This document shows, one piece after another, positions 38,111 through 45,868 of a DNA stretch of 64,000 bases; positions within the stretch are counted from its first letter, which is position 1, and each line of letters opens with the position of its first letter. Location of the stretch: the NCBI GenBank assembly GCA_043827405.1, contig JBDRPD010000013.1, positions 32,990 through 96,989 of the forward strand. Reading direction: 5' to 3'. The notes beneath the pieces were generated by a model, which was not told where the DNA came from, ran no database searches, and saw nothing but the letters and a program-made list of their open reading frames with translations. Made by a program: the position numbers and the translations under genes. This DNA is from Elusimicrobiota bacterium. GTDB taxonomy: Bacteria > Elusimicrobiota > Elusimicrobia > UBA1565.

Positions 38111-38774
38111 TGCGCAGCAGCGCGCCTGACTTCGATTTGGCGAGCTCGATCTTTCCCGCTTGACGCTCGAGAGCCTTGCGGGCGTAAGCCAAGCCCATGC
38201 CGATTCCCCGAGGCTTGGTGGTGTTGAAGGGCGCGAAGAGCCGGGCCCGAGCCTCCTCAGGAATGCCGGGCCCTGAGTCGGAGACCTCGATAATAACCCG
38301 GCGGCCCTTGACGGAAACGGCGACCGTCACCTTGCCCTGACCGTCTTTCTTTTCGCCGTCGCCCGCGGACTGTACCGCGTTTTCGATTACGCTGCGGAGC
38401 GCGGTCTTGGCGAGATCGGCATCGGCGGTTACGGACGTCCCGTCGGGAACCGGCGCAAGCGTTACGCCGGTGAAGCCCGCGGCGGCGGCTTCAAGGAGCG
38501 GCCCCAGGCGCAGCGGTTTCGGCTGCGCCGCCGGCATGCGCGCGTAGCTGATGATTTGGGTAAACACATCATTGGCGTGCTGCAGTTCGATTTCGATAAT
38601 GCTGAGATGTCTCTCGATTTTGGGATCAAAGATGCCGTCTTTGCTAAGCTTTGATTTAATAAAAAACGAAGAGTTGCCGATGATGGCCAGCGGGTTGCGC
38701 ACCTCATGGCTGATGATCGGAGCGATCAGGGCGATAACGTCCTCGATGCTGGAAAGGTCTCTCTCTTTAGGCAT
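38076..38774 (-). CDS. Sensor-less histidine kinase (HisKA + HATPase)
   Basis: SHEVRNPL, ENA, DSGPGI, FAPF.TTK.RGIGMGL. Confidence 0.88.
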   Translation of the reverse strand: MPKERDLSSIEDVIALIAPIISHEVRNPLAIIGNSSFFIKSKLSKDGIFDPKIERHLSIIEIELQHANDVFTQIISYARMPAAQPKPLRLGPLLEAAAAGFTGVTLAPVPDGTSVTADADLAKTALRSVIENAVQSAGDGEKKDGQGKVTVAVSVKGRRVIIEVSDSGPGIPEEARARLFAPFNTTKPRGIGMGLAYARKALERQAGKIELAKSKSGALLRISLPAASQAPA

Positions 38775-38833
38775 GGCGTTGGCTCCCGTTCGCCGACACG
38801 GCGAACGGCGATAGAGTAGCGGAAACTGAGACG

Positions 38834-39499
38834 ATGAACAAGCCTCACCCAGCGGTCAAGAACACGGCACCCGACATCCGGGCGGTCTTTTTTGATATTG
38901 GAAACGTGCTGCTGAAATTCGACGTCGGCGCCGTGCTGCGGCGTTTCGCCTGGGTCGTCCGCAGCCATCCGATGAAGGTGGCGCGCCTGCTGTGGTCGAG
39001 CAGGCTGTTTGACGGAGTAGAGCGCGGCGACATCACCTCGCGGCAGATTCACCGCATCTTTTGCGAGGACTTCGAATATTCCGGCAGCTTCGATGACTTT
39101 AAGAAGATTTGGTGCTACTCGTTCGAGCTGAACAAGGATACGGTCGGGGTGATGCGGCGGGTGCGCCGCCGGCGCAAAGTCTATCTCCTCTCAAATACGA
39201 ATAAGCTGCACTATGAGCACATTAGGGAACACTATGCCTTCGCGCGTCAGGTGAACGGCGCGGTGCTGTCCTACCGCCTGCGCGTGCGCAAGCCCGAGCC
39301 CGGAATTTATCACGCCGCGCTCAAGCGCGCGCGCGTTCAGGCGTCGCGGGCGCTGTTTATTGATGACCTGAAAGAGAACGTGGAGGCCGCCCGCAGCCTG
39401 GGCTGGCATGCGCTGCACTTTCGCGGGGCGAAGTCGCTGGAGCAGGACCTGTGCCGGCTGGGCGTGCTGCCGCGCGCTAGAAAACAATCGACAGCGTGA
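38834..39499 (+). CDS. HAD-superfamily hydrolase (subfamily IA)
   Basis: FFDIGNV, LSNTN, RKPEP.IY, FIDD...N. Confidence 0.9.
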   Translation: MNKPHPAVKNTAPDIRAVFFDIGNVLLKFDVGAVLRRFAWVVRSHPMKVARLLWSSRLFDGVERGDITSRQIHRIFCEDFEYSGSFDDFKKIWCYSFELNKDTVGVMRRVRRRRKVYLLSNTNKLHYEHIREHYAFARQVNGAVLSYRLRVRKPEPGIYHAALKRARVQASRALFIDDLKENVEAARSLGWHALHFRGAKSLEQDLCRLGVLPRARKQSTA

Positions 39500-40412
39500 A
39501 GTGCTGGAGGCTCCCCATGGCGGAGTTGCTTCCGAAGGCGTAGTCGAGTCCCACGATTCCTTGGCGGAACCCCACGCCGAACGTCAAGCCTTCCGTTTCC
39601 CGGTTGAAAATCCAGCCGCTGCGCAGCGCGATGCGGCCCGCCGACGGCGGCGTGAGGCCGATCTCAAGGCCCGCGCGCGGCGTGATCTTTTCATGCAGCA
39701 CGTGTACGTTGTCGAGGGTGACGGTGAGGTCGAACTCCTGCAGGTCGACGCTGGGGTCGATCTTGGCGGGGTCGATGTCCGGAAAACGGAAAGCCGCGCC
39801 GTAGCGCAGCGTTCGCGGCGACGGATCGCCGGCGCTTTCATAGGTGATGTCGGGACCCAGGAACTGGTAGGCGCCGCCGATCGAGAAGCCCTTCCAGGGT
39901 GCGCGCCAGAGAAAACCGAAATCCGTCTGGGAGGTGGTCGCCCGCGCGGTCTCGGCGAGCTCCAGCTGGATGAAGCGGTACGTCGCGCCCACATGCAGGC
40001 CGCCCGTCAGATGGCGGCCGCAGCTCAGCGCATAGGCCGTATTTTCTTCTGCGGTTACGGTTGTCTGCGTGCCGTCGGAGAGGTTGAGGTAGATTCGTCC
40101 GGCGTTGAAATAAAGCAGGCTCGCCGAGAACGTGGCCAGCGCCGTAGGATGGGCGTAGACGAAGTAGCCGTGCGTGGCGCCGCCCAGCCCCTTCATGTAT
40201 GAGGATGTGAAGGTTTTTTTGGTCAAGGTCCCGGCGGCGGCGGGGTTGTATTGCAGGGAGTCGGCGCGGTCCTGCACGGCGGTGAAGGCCGTGCCCATGG
40301 CGGCCGCTTGCGCGCCCATCGGCCGCTGGAGAAAGGGCGCCGCCGTCCGGCCGGACTCCGCCCCCGCCGGCAGGGCAAATAATACGATGATCGCCGTCAG
40401 CCGCAGGGTCAT
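39477..40412 (-). CDS. PorV/PorQ (UPF0164)-family outer-membrane beta-barrel
   Basis: FL..PMGAQAAAMG.AFTAV.D.A.SL.YNPA, LR.G, GVG, LDYA, C-terminal F. Confidence 0.85.
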   Translation of the reverse strand: MTLRLTAIIVLFALPAGAESGRTAAPFLQRPMGAQAAAMGTAFTAVQDRADSLQYNPAAAGTLTKKTFTSSYMKGLGGATHGYFVYAHPTALATFSASLLYFNAGRIYLNLSDGTQTTVTAEENTAYALSCGRHLTGGLHVGATYRFIQLELAETARATTSQTDFGFLWRAPWKGFSIGGAYQFLGPDITYESAGDPSPRTLRYGAAFRFPDIDPAKIDPSVDLQEFDLTVTLDNVHVLHEKITPRAGLEIGLTPPSAGRIALRSGWIFNRETEGLTFGVGFRQGIVGLDYAFGSNSAMGSLQHFTLSIVF

Positions 40413-41908
40413 TTGATGATTACGATTTTGCGGGTAACATTCGTTCCCGTGGCCTGGATATTGACGAGATAAACGCCGCTCGAAACAACATAGCCCGACA
40501 GCGTCCTGCCGTCCCAGTTCACCGAACTCAGACCGCTGGGCAGGTCCTCATCTACCAGGGTGCGGATGAGTTCGCCGTTCTGCGAGTACAGTCTAACCGA
40601 CACCCGGCCGGCTTCGTAGGTCTTGATGGATATCGTCGTCTGGCCGCCGTTTAGCGGGCGCAGCAGATTGTCGACCAAAGTGATTTCGGCGGGCGGCAGC
40701 GTCACATTGAGGACATTAGCCAGCGCTGCGATGACATAGTCGGAATTCATGACCTGAAGCGTCCAGAAGCCGGTTTTTTTACCCACCATGCTCATAGTGC
40801 CGGACAGCGATAGGTCGCTGTTGCGCGTCAGCGTCACGGCTCCGGTGGAATCGCCGGTGGTATATAGGGAGATCGTCGGCGGGGGGTCCGAGAACATCTC
40901 CCCCGTGATGGTGAAGTCGAAGCCGGCGTTGCCGCTTTGCACCGAGCCGGGCGTAAAGGCGGAGAGTGTCGGGCTTGAGCTGAAGGCGCTGGCGACCGCG
41001 GTATTGGTCGCGCCGTTAACGCCGTAGGAATAGAACATGCGCCAGCGCCAGCTTTCGGTGGAGCGTACGACAACGGGATAGCTCAGCGCCGCCGTCCCGG
41101 AGGCGGTGGAGAAGCGGATGCTGCTGGTCTCAACCGAGAAAGACTGACTGCCGGAAGACGCTATGACCGATAATATTTGGCTGCCCGTGGTCTCTCCGGT
41201 CAGCGGCGAGGTGTAGTAGAGACGGGTCCGCCCATCGGTCAGGCTGGTTACCGAGACCTGATAAGCGATCTCGGAGGCCAGCAGGGGGCCGTCGGTATTG
41301 AAGTCGATGTCGTTGCTTGAAGAAGCCGTATGGATGCGGTAGCTGGAGCGGGTATTGCCGCCGTCTTTGTCCGCGGCATAGTAGAGGCGGATAAGACCGC
41401 TCGATTCGGGAAAAGGCCGCGGCGAATCGAGAAAGCCGAGGCCGTTGTTGCTGATAATGTGGGTGCTGACTGTTTTTGACCAGGCCAGCCCGTCGGTCGA
41501 GGTAGCGCTGAGAATCCGATAGAGGCCCAGTGAGCTGATCCCGACATAATACATGCGCATATAGTCGGAGGTATTAGTAGAGACATAAATGCCGCAGGAG
41601 GTGATTGAGGAATAATCGACGTCGTTGGCTGGGTCTGTGGAGAGCCGGACACCGGCCTCGAGCGTCCAGCTGAACAGATCGTTGGAGGTCGCCGACAGTA
41701 TCTGGTAGCTGCCGCTGGTGAAATACATGCGGTATTGACCGCCGCTCTTTGGCAAGATGGCCTGTACCGCATTGCCTGTCGTGGAGGAAAGGATGACGCC
41801 GCTGTCCGCCCGGAACGGAATAGCGCCGGCCTCCGCCGGCGCCAGGAGGCAGGCGGCAAGGCACAGCCACGCCAGAGCATGTTTCGCCCGGTGGATCAGC
41901 ATATTCAT
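40409..41908 (-). CDS. Exported beta-propeller protein with Ig-like domain and C-terminal FlgD-Ig/T9SS-CTD-like domain
   Basis: Repeated R(M/L)Y(F/Y)...I.SA.S.D blades; C-terminus GELIRTL..WDGRT.SG..V.SGVYLV.I..KIVIIK; start uncertain (41902-41923). Confidence 0.75.
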   Translation of the reverse strand: MNMLIHRAKHALAWLCLAACLLAPAEAGAIPFRADSGVILSSTTGNAVQAILPKSGGQYRMYFTSGSYQILSATSNDLFSWTLEAGVRLSTDPANDVDYSSITSCGIYVSTNTSDYMRMYYVGISSLGLYRILSATSTDGLAWSKTVSTHIISNNGLGFLDSPRPFPESSGLIRLYYAADKDGGNTRSSYRIHTASSSNDIDFNTDGPLLASEIAYQVSVTSLTDGRTRLYYTSPLTGETTGSQILSVIASSGSQSFSVETSSIRFSTASGTAALSYPVVVRSTESWRWRMFYSYGVNGATNTAVASAFSSSPTLSAFTPGSVQSGNAGFDFTITGEMFSDPPPTISLYTTGDSTGAVTLTRNSDLSLSGTMSMVGKKTGFWTLQVMNSDYVIAALANVLNVTLPPAEITLVDNLLRPLNGGQTTISIKTYEAGRVSVRLYSQNGELIRTLVDEDLPSGLSSVNWDGRTLSGYVVSSGVYLVNIQATGTNVTRKIVIIK

Positions 41909-41968
41909 TAAACGACGGGGCACCCGCGGGCGAACCCACGGGTATCTACTCGGCGGGGTGCTGGTGGT

Positions 41969-41997
41969 AGTTTAGCCCCCCGGGGATGTGTTGTCAA
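41969..41997 (-). promoter_or_regulatory. Sigma70 promoter of the cargo-porV pair
   Basis: Minus strand TTGACA-N17-TAAACT. Confidence 0.7.
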
Positions 41998-42016
41998 TGG
42001 GCGGGTTCAGCTTGCC

Positions 42017-42592
42017 TTAGTTAATCTTGGCCAGCTTCTCGCGCTCCGCCTTCAGCTTATTGAGCTGCTCCTTCAGCATCTCAAGCTACTTTGTGGTCTT
42101 CTTGATCGGTATTTCAGTCTTCTGGATCTTCATGTCGAGACCCTTCAGAATGTCTGAATTGGAGGCGGGCCTGGGCGGAAGTGCGTCCTGCAGCTTGACG
42201 AGCCTCGCCTCCAGGTCCGCGAGCCGCTTCTTCTCCGCTTCCAACCTCTTCTCTAAGTCCGGTTTTTGATACTTGCTCTGCAGGCGCGTAATCTGTTTTT
42301 TCCATTCAGTGACCCTGGCTTTCTTTAAGAAATGGCCTTGAAGACCGGATCCCCGCTTCTTTGGCAGCGCGATCTTGCTGTTTAAGAAGGCGATGTCTTG
42401 TTCTATTTTTTTGTCATGCGCCGTGCGCTGCTTCTCCGCGTCCGCGATGCTCTTCTTGGCCTGATCGATGTCCGTTTGGAGTTTCTTGATCTCGGCGGCT
42501 TGGCGGGGATCCGGCTCGGCGGCGGACGCCGAGAGGCAGCCCAACAACAACGACCCGGCGACGACGACCGCGGCAATCCTCATGTTCTTCAT
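42017..42592 (-). CDS. Exported coiled-coil protein interrupted by an in-frame TAG at 42086-42088 (possible pseudogene, readthrough or sequencing error)
   Basis: Signal peptide plus heptads; after TAG the frame continues LEMLKEQLNKLKAEREKLAKIN to TAA at 42017. Confidence 0.65.
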
Positions 42593-42655
42593 TATTCCCC
42601 CTCGCCCTCAAAATCGTTCCCTTGTCGGATCATCGGCCGCCTGCAATCCCGCAGA

Positions 42656-42735
42656 ATGGTTAGCTCGCGCGGCGGCAATGCGCCAGGGGGCGTGTCAGGC
42701 GGGGCGGGTAATGGCGGTGGCGGTGATTCCAACTA
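42656..42735 (+). repeat. Left copy of inverted repeat element
   Basis: ATGGTTAGCTC and GCGCGGCGGCAATGCG (42667-42682) match the reverse complement of 43362-43372 and 43277-43292. Confidence 0.7.
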
Positions 42736-42768
42736 TGTTGCCTAATAGATTTACACGATTTATCCCAA

Positions 42769-42797
42769 TTGACAATAAGCTTGAATTAATTTAACCT
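42769..42797 (+). promoter_or_regulatory. Sigma70 promoter of the lipoprotein gene
   Basis: TTGACA-N17-TAACCT. Confidence 0.65.
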
Positions 42798-42831
42798 TAA
42801 AAAAATACAATTTCTTAACCCCTATCTCAAT

Positions 42832-43164
42832 ATGAAAAACATCATCAAAACAATCACTCTCCCATTATTCATCCTTGTAGTCTTAACATCCTGTACCCCA
42901 AAAAATCCGGAAGTAATCACAACAGAAGACACCCCAATCCCAGTCGCCCAAGCAGACCAACAATGCCGAATAGATGAAGACTGCATCATGACAATGACCC
43001 AATGCTCCTGCGATTGCGGAACCCCCATTAACAAGATACACGCTCAAAAATACTCAAACCTAAAAGATAAAAAATGCGAAAACTATAACGGACGAATGTG
43101 TAAAATGTCGTGCGAGTATGATATGAAGTGTGTTAGTAATGTTTGTGTGGCTAATAAAAAATAA
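42832..43164 (+). CDS. Small Cys-rich lipoprotein in an AT-rich islet
   Basis: Lipobox LTSC followed by 10 further Cys; strongly A/T-biased codons unlike neighbours. Confidence 0.8.
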   Translation: MKNIIKTITLPLFILVVLTSCTPKNPEVITTEDTPIPVAQADQQCRIDEDCIMTMTQCSCDCGTPINKIHAQKYSNLKDKKCENYNGRMCKMSCEYDMKCVSNVCVANKK

Positions 43165-43225
43165 AAATCATTCATATTAGATGGCTGATAGTAGGCCAAG
43201 ATATATTGATAATCCCGAATATGTT

Positions 43226-43372
43226 GCTTGGTTTCACCACCGCAGCCCCTTTCCGCTGATATCTCCCCGCCCCGGACGCATTGCCGCCGCGCAGGTTAAT
43301 CTCTCCACAAGATGGAAGGCCGTCGCTGGTTTTTTCTGTTAATGTTTTGCCGCTACCGCGGGAGCTAACCAT
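43226..43372 (-). repeat. Right copy of inverted repeat element
   Basis: Matches the left copy but carries about 70 extra internal bp. Confidence 0.7.
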
Positions 43373-43388
43373 CCATCCCGTAGCGAGG

Positions 43389-43757
43389 TTAGCCCGCGGG
43401 GAGCATCTCGTTGATGGTCTGGACCAAGGTCGGCATATCGACCGGCTTGTGCAGGACGCGTATTTTTTCGTTCGCGGGGATGACCTGCCGCGCCTGCTCC
43501 GGGGTTATCGCCGTCAGGAAGATTACCGGGATAAGTCTGGTGAGAGAGTCTTCTTGCAGGGCTTTGTAGGCGGCCGAGCCGTAGGCGCCGGGCATCATAA
43601 CGTCGGCGATAATGAGCTTCGGACGCACGGTTTTCGCCTTTTCCACCATCTGCACGCCGTCGGACGCCGTCACGACCTGGTGGCCGATGGACTCGACGAT
43701 GTCCTTAACCATCATGAGAATGTCGGGGGTGTCGTCGGCGACCATGATCAGCGCCAT
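43389..43757 (-). CDS. Single-domain response regulator (REC)
   Basis: VADD, ASDG, IADVMMPG, IPVIFLTA, KPV. Confidence 0.9.
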   Translation of the reverse strand: MALIMVADDTPDILMMVKDIVESIGHQVVTASDGVQMVEKAKTVRPKLIIADVMMPGAYGSAAYKALQEDSLTRLIPVIFLTAITPEQARQVIPANEKIRVLHKPVDMPTLVQTINEMLPAG

Positions 43758-43856
43758 AGAGGGCCATGATACCAGTCGTCGGAATGCCCGTCAAGCGGCG
43801 CTTTTTCCCGGCGCTGGGGGGCGCCCGGCATTTATTGGTAATATCAACGACAATCC

Positions 43857-44504
43857 ATGGCCAATAAAGCGAAGAATGGTAGCCGGATGACGCCCCGAGA
43901 GTCGCGGATAGCGGCTCGCTGCCGGACGCCGTACCTGGTGCAGCGGTGGCTCAAATCCATTCCTTATAATCGCGAGACCGGCGGGGAGACGATTAGGACT
44001 TTCCGCGGAGTCGTGAGGAGCGGCTCCGCCCACTGCCTGGAAGGAGCTCTCTGCGCGGCCGCCATTCTCGAGCGGCACGGCTATCCGCCGCTGCTGCTCG
44101 ACCTCGAATCCCAGGACAATCTCGACCATGTCCTGTTCCTGTTTCGCGGGCCGGACGGCTGGGGGACGGTCGCCAAATCACGCGATCCCGGCCTTTTTGG
44201 ACGGCGTCCCGTGTTCCGGTCGGTTCGGGACCTGGTCCGCAGCTACTTCGATCCCTACGTCGACATGACCGGACGCATAACGGGCTACGGCACGCTGGAT
44301 TTGCGGACCGTCGGCCGCGTGGACTGGCGCCTGTCCGCGGGGAATGTCTGGGCAATCCAGAAGGTCCTCATCAAAATGCCGCATCGCCGGCTGCGGTCCA
44401 CGGATGTTCGCTACCAGTATTGGCACGAGCGCTACCGCCGCTATCGCCGCCTTTATCCCGGCCGCAAGCCGGTCTACTACCCGGGCCGCGGCAATTGGCT
44501 GTAG
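43857..44504 (+). CDS. Conserved hypothetical protein, possibly transglutaminase-like fold
   Basis: VQRWL..IPYN, AHCLEGAL, DHVLFLF....WG.VAKS; putative Cys/His catalytic residues; start may be 43887. Confidence 0.6.
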   Translation: MANKAKNGSRMTPRESRIAARCRTPYLVQRWLKSIPYNRETGGETIRTFRGVVRSGSAHCLEGALCAAAILERHGYPPLLLDLESQDNLDHVLFLFRGPDGWGTVAKSRDPGLFGRRPVFRSVRDLVRSYFDPYVDMTGRITGYGTLDLRTVGRVDWRLSAGNVWAIQKVLIKMPHRRLRSTDVRYQYWHERYRRYRRLYPGRKPVYYPGRGNWL

Positions 44505-44510
44505 GGCTTG

Positions 44511-44619
44511 GCCGGCGATAGGCCCCCTGTAAACCGGGACGTTCGGGCGGCATAAAATACCTGAAGGTCCCGAAATCGGCCGGGGCGAAATCCTGCGCCG
44601 ATCCATCCTTGAAGACCCA
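44511..44619. promoter_or_regulatory. Phased array of up to five degenerate boxes
   Basis: Starts about 44511, 44535 (CGGGACGTTCGGGCGG), 44557 (ATACCTGAAGGTCCCG), 44580, 44604 (CATCCTTGAAGACCCA). Confidence 0.45.
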
Positions 44620-44679
44620 TAAAGTGTCGCCGCGCATAATTCTAATGTTGGGTGACCTTATTAGGAGGGGAAACCACTT

Positions 44680-45858
44680 ATGAGAATACTGCTGCGTATG
44701 GTTGTCGGCGCGGCGCTGCTGCTGCCTTCGGGCGCCGGCGCGGCGTCCGCCGCCGTTGTCGCCGCGGCCGCGAAGGCCGTGCGTCCGGGGGCCGTGATGC
44801 CGATACCCGGAGCCGCCCTGCGCGTTCCCGCCGCCGGCATCATGAATAAAACGATGGCGTCGCCGCTGCTCGGCGCCGGCGTCCTGCCGTCCTTGCCGGG
44901 CGTTCGCGTGGACGGCGTGAAGCTCGACCAGGCCTCGGTCCTGCCGTCGGTGAAGATGCTGCCGGCGCCGCTGACCCTGAAGGCGGCGGGCTCCGTGCTG
45001 CCGGCACCGCTTAAGGACAAGAAGGCGGCGGCCGGCGTGCGCGGCCGGCTGCGCGCGGCGGAGAAGGGCGTCGCCAAGTCGGTCAAAACCGGCGCCTTCC
45101 AGGCGGCGCGCAGCAAGCTCGGCGAGCTCTTTGACGGGCTCAAGGGGCGCGGCGCCAATGCGGTGTCCGGAACCGCTGACTTTCGACCGCCGAACGGGCC
45201 GGAAGACCGGCGCATCAACCGCGCGCTTGCGCGCCTGGCGGATTCGCCGGTGGGCCTGGATCTCTACACCTATGTCTACCAGAACTACAACCTGGAAATT
45301 ATGGTCGATGATGACCGAAACGCGAGCTATGATGCGCGGCTCGATCGCGGCAGCGGCCGGGATATTCTCTATCTGACCAGGAGCCTGGTGAATAATGAGT
45401 CCAAGGAGGTCGTCGCCGCCTACATCGCGCGGGAGATGTCGGACCTCTACTTCGAGACCTTCCCCGAGTCCGCCGAACGCGGGTATATGGCCTACAGCAA
45501 TATGGTCCGGGTCTTCGCCGAGCTGACCGACAGCGGCCTGGCGCGCTACGGCCACTGGTGGGACACCGGAAAGGACCAGCGGGTCGACGGGGCCTATGCC
45601 ATGGAGCGCTACTACGGCAGCTGGAAGGAGGCGGTCCATGACTATTATTACGCTGGCCGGTCCATCCAGCGCTCGCCGTTCTTCGGTTTTCTAAAGCAGA
45701 GCGATGATTCCAATGCGGGGAGCGCTTCGCACCGTAGCCTGTCTGAGCGCTACCGGCGCGGGGAGATAACCTATCGCCGGTACTACGAGATGAAGGATTA
45801 CTTTAAGCGGATGGTCGACAGCGAGACCGAATGGATCGGAGATACCGGCCGCTGGTAG
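44680..45858 (+). CDS. Exported hypothetical protein with FDG-type leader
   Basis: AGGAGG RBS; signal peptide; Ala/Pro/Lys-rich leader ending LFDG (45127-45138); Tyr/Asp/Arg-rich globular C-domain. Confidence 0.8.
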   Translation: MRILLRMVVGAALLLPSGAGAASAAVVAAAAKAVRPGAVMPIPGAALRVPAAGIMNKTMASPLLGAGVLPSLPGVRVDGVKLDQASVLPSVKMLPAPLTLKAAGSVLPAPLKDKKAAAGVRGRLRAAEKGVAKSVKTGAFQAARSKLGELFDGLKGRGANAVSGTADFRPPNGPEDRRINRALARLADSPVGLDLYTYVYQNYNLEIMVDDDRNASYDARLDRGSGRDILYLTRSLVNNESKEVVAAYIAREMSDLYFETFPESAERGYMAYSNMVRVFAELTDSGLARYGHWWDTGKDQRVDGAYAMERYYGSWKEAVHDYYYAGRSIQRSPFFGFLKQSDDSNAGSASHRSLSERYRRGEITYRRYYEMKDYFKRMVDSETEWIGDTGRW

Positions 45859-45868
45859 GTCCGGAGAG

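Noticed and set aside
42086..42088. Pyrrolysine or genome-wide amber recoding
   Set aside because: No pyl genes seen, and TAG ends well-conserved genes at expected positions (e.g. gyrB, lepA, rtcB, serS).
43172..43372. 66-aa minus-strand ORF
   Set aside because: Coincides with the inverted-repeat arm; its resemblance to a peptide at 42656 simply reflects the DNA repeat.
43355..43398. GCTAAC...GTTAGC hairpin as an integron attC site
   Set aside because: Too short, no L-box pair seen, one arm is the REC gene stop region, and no integrase is in the window.
44511..44619. Phased boxes as a CRISPR array
   Set aside because: The 22-24 bp period is far too short, copies are degenerate, and no cas genes are present.
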